Shown here: piece by piece, positions 39,343-51,477 of the stretch
Numbering within the stretch: position 1 is the first letter of the stretch
How the letters are laid out: every line of letters starts with the position of its first letter
NCBI GenBank assembly: GCA_951406725.2
Contig: OX597815.1
Span: forward strand, 135,222,001-135,286,000
Length of the DNA stretch: 64,000 bases
Direction: 5' to 3'
From: Octopus vulgaris
Lineage: Eukaryota
Program-made: the position numbers and the translations under genes
The notes under the pieces: generated by a model
What the model saw: the letters and a program-made list of their open reading frames with translations, nothing else
What the model was told of the DNA's origin: nothing
Database searches by the model: none

Positions 39343-41330
39343 TACTGGTACCCTAAGTGAGCAATTACTCTGAATAAAAACTGATACACTTTTATATTTG
39401 CATGTTTGTGTGTGTATGCACATACAGAAAATAATGAGAGAGTATTAGAAACTAAACTGATTTTTTGCTGGGAAGGAAAAAATTCTGGAAATGAAGATAA
39501 GTGCTCCCAAACTGTAGAGCTAAACAGGGTTCACACTGCACAAGAACATACAGAGTCAGCAAAGTGCTATCAGTAGAGTCAACTCTTATGCAGAAACCAG
39601 TGAGAGAAATCATGACAGCCAGCTTTGGAATCCTACTTCTCAACTGCATTTGGGCAGGAAAGAGACCCTCATTACAAAAAAACTGAATAGGATTGGGATA
39701 TGATAAACAAATTTGTTAGGTGTATGAACTACAATTAGCCAAACTATGCTTTATCTTCATACTTCAACAAAACAAAATAACAAACTTCCTCTATTGTCCT
39801 ATTTCATAAGCAGATGTCAATGACCTCAACTGTCTACTGATGAATCTAAACTTGTTGTGTAAATGAACTTTTTACATGCTAGAAAACAACACTTAGGCTG
39901 TATCTAATGCAGCAGTTTAATACATAAATTAATCAATATCTTTTTATTTCTATTTTCAAGTAAAACATAGAAACAGATATACATCCACTCTCATTTTACT
40001 CTAAAAGACAAAATAAAAAGGCAGGAAGAAACTACAATGGCGAAGACAAATGAAAAATGTTGCATTGACATGATATTTTTTTATAAAACTGCAGCATTAA
40101 AGTCAGCGGACATCAAACTGACAGGATTTATCGAGTACAGAACAAGCTGCAACCAAAATACCTGACTGACAATGTATTGTCACAGCAGCGAAAAGTGCAG
40201 GTAACATCTAGCAGACAAAGATCTTATCAGTGCAGTGGAAGTGCATGGGATACTAGATAGATTTTCTCAAAGCAAGCAAAGTGCAAGCTGAAATTCATAT
40301 TAAGCACATTTTCTCACCATACGGAGAAATATAGGTCATACTTATCAAGCAACATTTTGTTACTATTTTTTGTTTGTTTATTTGTCAAGTGCACCCACTA
40401 GACAAACACACATAATATGTGCCAATGAAGGAACCACTAAATGGTAACTTGACCTGCTAAAAATAGCAGCCAAATCTCTGAAAACCCACATCTGCTTTTT
40501 TTTAGTTTTTTTTAAAGGAAGGAAACGTTGAATGAAGTAGCCTTAGATATATAAAAACATGTGGATGGGTATAACTTTTTTATAATCAATGCCTTTGATC
40601 ATTTCCTTGCTTAGTTCTTGTCTGGGGATAAACAACAACATTTCTATATTTAAAATAAAAGGTGATCACATGGATAGGTAAGCTACAAGACCATACCTAA
40701 TAAAATTTATAGTCACATCCATTTGAACCAGTTCCTTTCTTTCTCTCATAAGTACTATTTCTGCAACAACAATAGCAGTCTGTGTAATTGTTGTAGCAAT
40801 ACAAATACATAAGACACCTACACAACTCGTGCACACCAAGTCACTTCCACAGCTCCATAAAGAACACTACGCACCCAATAATACTTACTCACAAATACAA
40901 TCCTACCTGAATTACATTCTTCACACGACTTTTCTCCCACTTCATTGAATTTCGTACTGATTAAGCTGGTCGTTGACAATATTAAAACTATTCAAATGTA
41001 CTCACTAACCCCGCCAACAATTTATGTGACATTATAGAAAATAAAAACAAAAAAGGCTAGGGACACATACCTCTTTCTTCAATTAATTACTCAAAGAAAG
41101 ATTGGTACTGCAGTATAACAAGTGCGAAACAGTAATGCAGAGCGAATGATAAAGCAGCAGATAATCAATACAAGGGTTCAAATTCACCAATAGCAACATG
41201 GTGCATTCTCAATTGGTGCGGTTCATAAAGCTGTTTATTTAACAGCTATTAGGTCTTCCAAGGAAACTTCCCTTTGTATGTATATATAACTCATGCCAGC
41301 ATGGAAAATAAATGTAAATGATGATGAGGT

Positions 41331-41364
<34 letters not shown>

Positions 41365-41366
<2 letters not shown>

Positions 41367-41700
41367 CAGTGTGGTTAGGAAACTCACTTTGTAACCATGT
41401 GCTTTGGGTGGTATCTTTGACAAGTGCTTCTATAGTCCCAAGTAGATTAATGCTTTCTGAGTGAATTTAGTAGACAGAAACTGTGTGAAAGCTCATCATG
41501 TATACATGTGTGTGTGTGTTGTCTCCCCACACTTACCAACCAGAGTTGGTTACTTTACATTCCTATAACTTAGAGGTTCAGCAAAAGACTACAATAGAAG
41601 GACCAGACTTTAAAATAATTACTGGGGTTGAACAATTTGACCCTTTAAAGTGGAGCCAACATAACTGAAGTTCAGTGACTAAAACAAGTAAAAGAAAAGA
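41365..41700 (+). mobile_element. Degenerate family-B SINE
   Basis: gtgaatttagtagacagaaactg..cagcaaaagact..actaaaacaagtaaaag. Confidence 0.65.
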
Positions 41701-41747
41701 TATATAAATATAATTATAAATGTGTGTGTGTGTGTATATATATATAC

Positions 41748-41785
<38 letters not shown>

Positions 41786-41804
41786 ATAATATAAATATGT
41801 AATA

Positions 41805-41990
41805 TCATCATCATCGTTTAATGTCCATTTTCCATGCTGGCATGGGTTGGATGGTTTGACAGGAACTGGTAAGGCCAGGAGCGATACCTGCTCCATTATC
41901 TGTTTGGCATGGTTTGTATGACTGGATGCCATTCCTAATGCCAACCACTTTATAGAGTGTACAGGTTACTATTCACATGACACCAGCACC
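41805..41990 (-). mobile_element. Family-A tail
   Basis: (CAT)n..TTTCCATGCTGGCATGGGTTGG..TCCTAATGCCAACCAC. Confidence 0.8.
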
Positions 41991-42081
41991 ATAAATCTTC
42001 TAATATAATAATGAGCATGGAGTGCCTTTGGATTTAATTATCCCTTAGAGATTTTAAACTCCTCTAACTGATACCTACACC

Positions 42082-42113
<32 letters not shown>

Positions 42114-42492
42114 CAGGAATCACGGATGAGGAGGAGAGGAAATAGTAATTCAGTGAAGGAGAAGTAGTATGAGTAATATCTCTGACTGAGAGGGAGTGAG
42201 AGAAAGTAATAGCAATGAGAAAGGAAGGGCTTATAGATGAATAAGGAGGGAAGGGGTGAAAAAAAATCAGTATTTCAACTCTGTGTGAGTATATGTATGT
42301 ATGTGTGTGCATGTACAAGGGAAGTATACGAATGTTTGTATGTGTGATTATTATGTACCTTATTTATATATAAAATACTACAATTAACTGTAATTATTGA
42401 CGGCACATGGTCAGCTAGTATATATATATATAAAATATAAATGTAATATATACATATAAATAAATACAAAATATATAATCTAAATAAATACA

Positions 42493-42548
<56 letters not shown>

Positions 42549-42594
42549 TATATATATGTATGTATGTGGTACAATAACTGTCATAGGGGGAAAA

Positions 42595-43695
42595 ACTACA
42601 AGTAGTTGATAGCTTCCGTTACCTAAGTGACCAAGTCAGTAGCGGGGATGGATGCTCTGAGAGTGTAGCTACTAGAATAAGAATAGCCTGGGCAAAGTTC
42701 AGAGAGCTACTACCTCTGCTGGTGACGTAGGGCCTTTTGCTCAGTGTAAAAGGTAGACTGTATGACGCATGTGTGTGAACAGCCATGCTACATGGTAGTG
42801 AAACATGGGCCATGACTGCTGAGAACATGTGTAAGCTTTCAAGAAATTAAGCCAGTATGTTCTGCTGGATGTGTAATGTTAGAATGCATACGCAACAGAG
42901 TGCATGTGACTTGAAAGAAAAGTTGGACTTAATAAGCATCAGATGTGGTATGTAAGAGAGACGACTGGGCTGGTATGGTCGAGTGTTATGTATGGATGAG
43001 GACAGCTGTGTGAAAAAGTGTCACACCCTAGCAGTAGAGGGAGCCTGTGGAAGAGATAGACCCAGGAAGACCTGAGATGAGGTAGTGAAACATGACCTCA
43101 CCGACCAAGGGGATGACAAGTGACTGAGACCTGTGGAGATATGCTGTGCTTGAGAAAACCTGGCAAGCCAAGTGAGACCGTAACCGTAGCCTATGCCAGT
43201 GCAGCATAACTAGCCCATTTAAAAGTACCCTTCAATCATTGTGCAATAAACTGCACTTGTGAAGATGTGCTGAGTCAATGAAATTGTTGTCGTGGCCGAT
43301 GACAGTACTGCCTGCTTGGCACTTGTGCTGGTGGTACGTAAAAAGCAAGATTCGAGCATGGTTGATGTCAGTGCTGCCTGACTGGTCCTATGCCAGTGGC
43401 ACATTAAATGTACCATTTGAGTGTGATCATTGCCAGTGCCACCTAACTGGCTCCTGTGCCGGTGGCATGTAAAAAGCACCATTCAGGCGTGATCATTGCC
43501 AGTGCCGCCTGACTGGCCCTCATGCTGGTGGCATGTAAAAAGCACACACTACACACTTAAAAATTCTACAAAGCATTTTGCCTGGCATGTAGAAACTTTG
43601 TCAGATCAGATCGGAGCCTGGCACAGCCTTCTGGCTTGCCAGCCCTCAGTCAAACCGTCCAACCCATGCCAGCATGGAAAGTTGATGTTGATGAT
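42595..43695 (+). mobile_element. 5'-truncated RTE LINE (ORF C-terminus plus 3' UTR), inverted relative to 36440-38400
   Basis: VVDSFRYLSDQVSSGDGCSESVATRIRIAWAKFRELLPLL..KGRLYDAC..MLHGSETW; in-frame stops; 4 modules; tail at ~43670-43695. Confidence 0.95.
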
Positions 43696-44126
43696 ATATA
43701 TACACACAAATGCCCACACAAACAGGTACATATATACACGTACACATATGGGCGTATAGAAATGTGCGTGTGTATCTGTAGTTCTGAAATTGGTTGGAAT
43801 TGGTCACATTCGGTAAGCTACTTCTATTATAGCCCTGAGTGAAATTAAATACAAAGAAACTCTATGGCAATCTATTGCATGCATACAAATAAATGACAAA
43901 TTACAATAAATACAAGTTTATCATAATTTCTCCGACATTTGTTCTGTATATCATAACAAGTAATACAAAAAAAGTGTAGTAGTTGTTTAACCACTATACA
44001 AGAAGCAAACTGGACAATGATAATCTATGTGGAGCACTAAACTTAACAGTAACAGCTGTACGTCTATTTACACACAGAAGATAACACTATCTCGGTCAAT
44101 CAGTTGATGTATATATGCTTGCATGC

Positions 44127-44200
<74 letters not shown>

Positions 44201-44205
<5 letters not shown>

Positions 44206-44398
44206 TAATCCAAACATGAAAACACAAAGAGAAAACATAACAACGCGAGGATGTGGAACAAATATAGTATTATTGGACGCTCAGGAAGGAAGGAAAGAAG
44301 GAGGGTTTTAAGTTTCGAGCGGAGCTCTTCGTCAGAAACATAGGAAAAGGAAAGATCCAGAGAAGGGAAGACGGAGGAAAAAATCGCCAACGGTACAC

Positions 44399-44400
<2 letters not shown>
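44201..44400 (-). mobile_element. ~200-bp Penelope-like pLTR fragment between (TA)n and (TG)n
   Basis: Pyrimidine-rich minus strand with a minimal hammerhead core and downstream AATAAT; CpGs retained. Confidence 0.6.
44305..44339 (-). ncRNA. Minimal hammerhead ribozyme motif (no helix III)
   Basis: GTTT-CTGACGA-A-GAGC-tcc-GCTC-GAAAC-TTA-AAAC; stems I and II pair. Confidence 0.65.
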
Positions 44401-44437
<37 letters not shown>

Positions 44438-44895
44438 GTCTGACCCATGCAAACACGGGAAAATGAATGTCAAATAGTGATGATGATGATAAAGTTCTAC
44501 ATGTTTACATTTAAGCTACTTAAGCAGGTGATGTTGTTTGTTTATTGTAACACAGCAGTATGGAGAAATACACAATGGTAGAATAAATAGCAAAGTTTAA
44601 AATAAGTACTCCGATTTATATGCTTGATTAAACCCCGAGAAGCAGTGCTCTAGCATGGCTGCAATCAAATAACCAGTAATAACTACAATAACAAAAGAAT
44701 ATTCACAGGTAATTAAAAATATGTATATATCAATATATTGTGTTATAAATAATATAAATTTATATCTAATGGATTGCATCAGATTTTCTTTCATAGTTTA
44801 TTAGTCAACTGTCTTGTAAAAAAGAAAAAAAACTTGTTATATGTCTTCAATTTCATTGCATTGTCAAAGCATTACAGAAGTAAGAGAATAATATT

Positions 44896-45110
44896 GACTT
44901 CAAATTTTTGGCACATGGCCAGCAAGTTAAGCGGTGGGGATAAGTCAATTACATTGACCCCAGTACTCAACTGGTACTTATTTCATTGATCCTGAAAGGA
45001 CAAGAAGCGAAGTCGACCTCAGCAGCATTTGAACTCAGAACGTGAAGGCGGACAAAATTCCGCGAAGCATTTTGCCTGGTCTGCTAACGATTCAGCCAGC
45101 ACGCCACTTT
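44896..45110 (-). mobile_element. Family-C SINE (alternative 3' tail)
   Basis: Central domain and B box as in 8975-9203; tail like 59390-59440. Confidence 0.8.
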
Positions 45111-46396
45111 CAGAAAGAGAGAAATATTATAGATATACATGTGTGAAAGATTTGATTTAGCCAACGACACCTAATTGCATTAAATTATAAGCATTAAGTG
45201 GCTGATGATTTGGAAAAGAACTTCTTTCAATAAAAGAAACTACAGCCTTCGCTGTCCCCACCCTCATTAGCAAGTATGCACACCAATGCTACTACCACTA
45301 CCGTAATAGCTACTACAATTTTCAGTATACGCTTGTTAAAAGCATTCTCTCTCTTCTCCCAACAACCTTTTCTTTACAACTAACCATCTAGCTACACAAC
45401 ATACAGAGGTACATTAACAAAGTAACAACAACAACAATAACAACAACAACAACATATAAGCCAGCTGCCAACACAGGCATTAAGTAATGATGATTTATAT
45501 GTAAAACAACTAGAGTGCAGCTGACAACAAACCAAAAAAGCGCTCCCTTCATTACAAAAATACAAACTATAAAACGCTGAAACCATCTGCATCCATAGTC
45601 GAAAATTCTGACAAACTGCAATTAACAACTAAAAGAATCAGTTTATAAAACCTAATTAGAAAACTAGAACACATAACATTATAAAGTAACAGTTGTAGTA
45701 AGCATATTTCACTGCAGTGATAAATGAAAAGGTTAAACACAGCCAACACAACTCAATCTTGCAATAATAGCATGACTGTTGGGTGTCTGTCACATGAAAA
45801 GTGCATAAACTATTAAAAATTTATCATACAATGTTCATAGAGGACATGTGTCTCGATATCAAAGAGTATGTGGATGAATAAGTGTTAATGTGTGTGTCTG
45901 TGCTTTCATGTATAAAATTATGAACAAATTTACATGTACCTCTCTATATGTATGTTAGTAGGTACATAAGCACATATATATGCATTGGGAGATATAGGTC
46001 ATACATGTATTCAAAATACACATACACACACACAAATACATGAATATCAAATACTACACGACAAACATTCTTGAATTATCAAAATTAACTCCACCACTAG
46101 ATGGCAAATCAAACTAGTTCCATATGAGACAGGAAGATAATTTCAAGAATCAAGAATTCCCTAATGTCATTAAAGAAAGGGTCAGACATTGTCTGGAAAA
46201 AAAAAAAAAAAAAAAAAGAAGTCCAAGGCATGTGTTTCTACCTCAATAGGCATCATCAGCAACAACATTTGCGTTATGATACAACCTCTAGAGGTGATAT
46301 TTTATATACCTATATTGATCTATGTGGGTCAAATACATGCCACTTGTCACTCTGAGTTCTCTTAGCACATATTTGTCAATACATACATACATATAT

Positions 46397-46706
46397 GAGG
46401 TGCAATGGCCCAGTGGTTAGGGCAGCAGACTCGCGGTTGTAGGATCGCAATTTCGATTCCCAGACCAGGCGCTGTGAGTGTTTAAAGAGCGAAAACACCT
46501 AAAAGCTCCACGAGGCTCTGGCAGTGGGTGGTAGCGATTCCTGCTGTACTCTTTCGCCACAACTTTCTCTCACTCTTTCTTCTGTTGGCCTGCTCGCTTA
46601 GCCAGCGGGTGGCATCATTTGAAGGCTAAAGCAATGTGAAGCGCATTGTGACCAGCGATGTGTAGCAACATCTGATAGCCTGGTCGCTCACGGTGATCAC
46701 AGTGAT
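46397..46706 (+). mobile_element. tRNA-derived SINE, family D (tRNA-Arg-like head)
   Basis: A box TGGCCCAGTGG, anticodon-like GACTCGCGGTT, B box TTCGATTCCC; tail CACGGTGAT/CACAGTGAT. Confidence 0.8.
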
Positions 46707-46707
46707 A

Positions 46708-46800
46708 TCATCATCATCGTCGTTTAGCATCCGTTTTCCATGCTAGCATGGGTTGGACGGTTCTACTGGGGTCTGTGAAGCCAGAAGGCTTCATCAGGCA
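46708..46800 (-). mobile_element. Very short family-A tail
   Basis: (CAT)n CGTTTAGCATCCGTTTTCCATGCTAGCATGGGTTGGACGG. Confidence 0.85.
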
Positions 46801-46956
46801 CATATATATATATGAAGGCTTCATCACACACATATATATATATGTGTGTGTATGTATAATTATTACATTAAGGGTTGTTACTATAAGTAAAGCCACACAC
46901 TGGAAGGGATGCTAAACTCAAACTACTTTAACAAAATATACTACTTGGTAAAATTG

Positions 46957-47490
46957 TATATAGATTTTATCCTTATATTCAATTGATAAAAATTAAACCG
47001 GAAATATATTCAGTGCTGAATTATTTTGGTTATACACATGTGGCTGAGATGGACAAGATAAAAATACTTTCATGGCTGTATAAGTGTGAAAATTTGTATA
47101 TGCTCTGTTGTGTTTGTATGGTATGTATAAGTGTTTATATTTATATATTTCTGGCTATGTTTGCATTGACAAATGGAGAGTGTGTTACAGCACTGATCAT
47201 GAAATCATTTCACACCTATAATGGTGGTGGGAGAAACGACAACCGGTATAGTTGGAGCAAAATAGAGATATCCGGTATTGGTGGTGGGGGTGGGTAGGGC
47301 GGGCGCGCCGCGAAGAATCGGCAGCCAATTTCTATCAGCCCTGTAAGGGAGATAGATCTTAAATATCTATAATGATAACTAGTGAATTATACAGAATATG
47401 CAAAAATGAGGCGAGGCTGAAATAGTAAACAGAGTGGCGACTAGGGGGATCAGAATAATATATAGATTTTATCCTTATATTTAATTGATA
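46957..47490. repeat. Segment bounded by a 32-bp direct repeat
   Basis: TATATAGATTTTATCCTTATATT(C/T)AATTGATA at 46957-46988 and 47459-47490. Confidence 0.8.
47286..47329 (+). promoter_or_regulatory. G-quadruplex motif / GC box / CCAAT cluster
   Basis: GGGGG-T-GGG-TA-GGG-C-GGG (47286-47303), GGGCGG, GGCGCGCCGCG, CCAAT at 47325; function unproven. Confidence 0.35.
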
Positions 47491-47507
47491 TATATATATA
47501 TATATAC

Positions 47508-47553
<46 letters not shown>

Positions 47554-48149
47554 GCACGTACATCACACACACACATAGGGAGAGAAAGAGTGCAAAAGAA
47601 TGGCATGGATCTAGGAAATGCAAATTGTGCATTGGCAAAGGATTGCACATTCACATTAGATCTATGAATTTTACCACACTACTCAACACCAGATCTGGTA
47701 TTTTCAGAAAATGCAAGCATATGTGCAAATTTCTGTGGGCAAACTGGAGGACACCACCCTCTTTGGATTGAACAGCTGTCTTGCAGACTTTGAACCCTTT
47801 TCCATTAAATTATTCTACAACTAGTTTTATTATGATTTTTTTCAATCAAAGAGGATGTAACTCTAATTTTTTTCTTTTCTTTTTCTGTTTATATTCACTC
47901 TTCCACTTTTTGAATTAACCTTCTTCTCATTTTTTCTCATGATTTCCCATGTACCAGTGACCTGGTTTTCAAATAGAACAGACTGTGTGCTCAGAGCCCA
48001 AAGATTGCTTGGAGACACAAGGCATGTTTTAAAAACCTGCCTAGACACAAGTTTCTGCAGCAAGAAACTGTTAGTAACTCATGCTTGAGGAGATATGTCG
48101 GACTAAGTAAAATCAAGAGCATCCATTCATACAGGCATTGCAGACCTAT

Positions 48150-48432
48150 AGGTGCTGGGGCCATGTAAAAGTACTGATGCTGGTGACATGTAAAAGCATC
48201 TATACCAGTGCCACATAAAAGCATCTGTGCTGGTGCTATGTACAAGCACTTGTACCAGTGCCACAAAAGCACCTGGTACACTCTGCAAAGTGGTTGGCAT
48301 GAGGAAGGGTGTCCATCCATAGAAACCATGCCAAAATAGACAAATGGAACTCAGGCAGCTCTCCAATTGGCCAACTCTTGTTGAACCATTCAACTCATGC
48401 TAGCATTGAGAATGGATGTTAAATGAAGATGA
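48150..48432 (+). mobile_element. Family-A tail with ~5 short (~26-bp) modules
   Basis: Repeated (G)TGCTGGTG.CA..TAAAAGCA units before the core. Confidence 0.8.
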
Positions 48433-49491
48433 CAAGAGATATATGTGTGTGTGTGAAATAACTCATTTTTGGAATTGAATATAAATAGTAACTGTAAATA
48501 TTGGGTTGAAAAGAATATATATATATATACATGCAAAAACAGTTAGTCACTTTATCTTTTTATATGTCTCTTCACTTCACATTTGTCACAGAAAAATTCC
48601 TCACAAATCCAAATTGCTCTCCCTTTGACATTTACTAACACCCACTCAAGCACAAACGTAAAAATGTACATATTTCAGTTCCAACAACTAATATCCTTCG
48701 ACAAATTTCAAGTGGTTACTCTTTCCACATAAAGGATCATGCTGCTTCTACAGATTCTGGACCACACCCAACAAGAAAAAGCCACATCAATCTTTGTCAG
48801 TCTATCTCACACTCACTCACTTTTCCTCTTTCAACTGGGATAAATCTTGATCTTTAGCAAGATGCTACAATCTATCCCATTCTCTAAAAGAGCAGTACCT
48901 CTGATTCAGATTCAGCCACAAATTGTCTGATGAGATTCACTTTGAAATTCAATTAGCTGGAATTTCCTCCCTTCACATATGTTTCTTGTAGCAGCTACTT
49001 CATAATAGCTGAAGAACAGTAACCATATTCATTTCACTGGTTTCAAAAAGCCTGCAAAAGTCATAGACTAAGCCCTTTCTTTTGGACCAAACCAAAAGGA
49101 AGATTCACAAAAAATCGTATATGCACAAAATACGCAGATGCACATGCAAGAGAAACAAATGCTAACAAAAATAACAAAATCCATCCAAACAAACATACAC
49201 ATTCACACCACACATAGACACAAAGTAAAACCATGTACTGACACATACACATGCACACACTGTAGACAGACAAACAAGTGCACACCACACAGATTACCAT
49301 AATCAGATTAATATAAACAAAACAGGATTACATAACACACTGTTAAGAAAATACAAGCATCTGGCCTTGTACATATTCAAACTGAATTATGATGCAATTA
49401 GGTCAAACATATAATAGCCTGATTTTTCAGAACTTCACATCATCCCCTGGGATATATATATATGTATATATATGTGTGTGTGTGTGTGTGA

Positions 49492-49547
<56 letters not shown>

Positions 49548-49814
49548 TGTCTGATGTAGCTTTTTAAACCAGACACTGTATTGAAAAGACACCTATGTCG
49601 ATTGCATATATGATTTGGACCACCAAGAGCTGTAATTAATTTCTGATCTTTGTGGACCTTAAAATGTCCTTTGAGGCCTCCATAGATTTTCGGACCTTAT
49701 GGCATACACGGCATTGAAAGATGTGCGCAGATAGGTAGAGGTTCAATTTCCATGGGTCTGCAAATGAGACTTGAGCCCAGCAAAAGAAAGGCATGGTCTG
49801 TCACAAACTGTGCT

Positions 49815-49950
49815 CCTTGCTTGCTTCATGCTCCTGCTTGATGAGGCTGGGGTCATCCCTGGTTAGTGGTCCTAGAGACATCATCATGCATAGAGCCAAC
49901 CAGGTCCTCTAGTGCTTTCAGTTGCTAGTGGTTCGAGGCTAGCCACTCTG
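49815..49950 (-). mobile_element. 3' end of the second RTE family (as at 22330)
   Basis: atgaggctgggg..tcatcatg..tagagc..accagg..ctagtgct matches 22337-22450; (TTGC)n tail. Confidence 0.65.
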
Positions 49951-50689
49951 CATACATACAGTAATTAGAATATTGGACAGGATGCCTAACAGTTTTGTAC
50001 TGATTCTCTGAGCTCTGAGTTAAAATCCCATCAACTTCAACATTGCCTTTCATTGTTTCACAATAAAGAAGTACCAATCCAGAGCAGTGGATTGCCAGAA
50101 CTAAGAGTTGGACGAGATGTCTCGTGGTATCTGTTATGGTTAGTTGTGTTCTGACAAAGGGCGACAAGCTGGCACTCTGGGTGAAATGCTTAGCAGTATT
50201 TCATCTGCTGAAAAATAAAAATACTTCTTCAAAAGTATCTTTATTTTTCCCAGGCCTGTAAATATATGTGCAGATACAAGGTCAACCTTAACCAATGAAG
50301 GCCCATCAACATGCCCATCAATCCATCCATTCATAGGTGTGTATGTGTATATATATATACATATATATATACATATACACACATACATATATATACGTCT
50401 GTGTGTGTGTGTGTATGAATGTGTATATATGTGTGTATATGTATATGTATGAATGTGTGTGTGTGTATGTATGTATATATGTATATATATAATCTTTTTC
50501 TCATTTCAGTCAATGGATGGCAGCCATGCTGGGGCACCACCTCAAAGGGTTTTAGTTGGACAAATCAACCTTAATACTTTCTTGTACTTAGTCTGTCACT
50601 TATGCCAAACTGCTAAGTTACAGAGTTGTAAACAAACAGTTGTAGGGCAGTAACAGGGTACAAATGCCAACACTAACACACACACACAC

Positions 50690-51121
50690 ACGTGGCCAAT
50701 ACCAGTGTCGCATACCTGGCACCTGAGTCAGTGACACGTAAAAAGTACCCTTCAAACTTTGGGCCTCATGGAAGCTGTGACAAGTGACTGAGATCTTTGG
50801 CAATACACTGTGCTTGTGAAGACCTGTCAAGTCAAGTGAGATTGTAGTCATGACTGATGCTGGTGTTTCGTAACTAGTACCCATGCTGGTGGCACGTAAA
50901 AAGCACTCACTATCATCATCATCATTGTTCGACCGTGGTCGAGACAATGGAATTTACTATGCTACTATACTCTTGGAGTGGTTTGCTTCACAGCATCCAG
51001 ATGTAGAAATCATGCCAAATCAGACTGAAACCTGATGCAGCTCCCCTGCTTACTAGTTTTCAGTCAAACCATCCAACCCATGACAGCATGGAAAACAAAC
51101 ATCAAATGATGATGATGATGA
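50690..51121 (+). mobile_element. RTE 3' UTR/family-A copy, interrupted
   Basis: aaaagtacccttcaa..gtgaagacctgtcaagtcaagtga..gctggtggcacgtaaaaagcac..tail. Confidence 0.75.
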
Positions 51122-51477
51122 TATATATATATATATATATGATGAGCTTCTTGCAGTTTCTGTGAACCAAATCTACTCATAAAGCTATAAACAAAACAAC
51201 CAAGGTACAGTCATATATATTTGCAAAAATGAATAAGAATAGTTTTCCTGAAAATATTTTCCACTTTCATATGAGAGAGTGAGAGAGGGTATGCATGTTT
51301 GTGCTTGTTAGTGCCTACAAAACAATGCTAAGCTTACAGTTACAAGCAGAGCTGTTCCTGTTTGTAGCGATATCATTATTTATAGCTGGGCTGCAACCAG
51401 TAAAGTTTGTTGACATTATTTATCAACAAAATCAGCTATTGTCTCAGTGCATTCCAATTCTTCTGAACAAACATAAT

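Noticed and set aside
42110-42419. Helitron ending ..GTCAGCTAG|T
   Set aside because: Only a weak TGAC/GTCA stem and no clear 5' TC end or similarity to the other Helitrons
46397-46475. tRNA-Arg gene
   Set aside because: Stems are imperfect and the sequence runs into a SINE body and tail; the same applies to family B and C heads
48920-48960. Third hammerhead (CTGATGA..GAAA)
   Set aside because: Helices I-III do not pair convincingly
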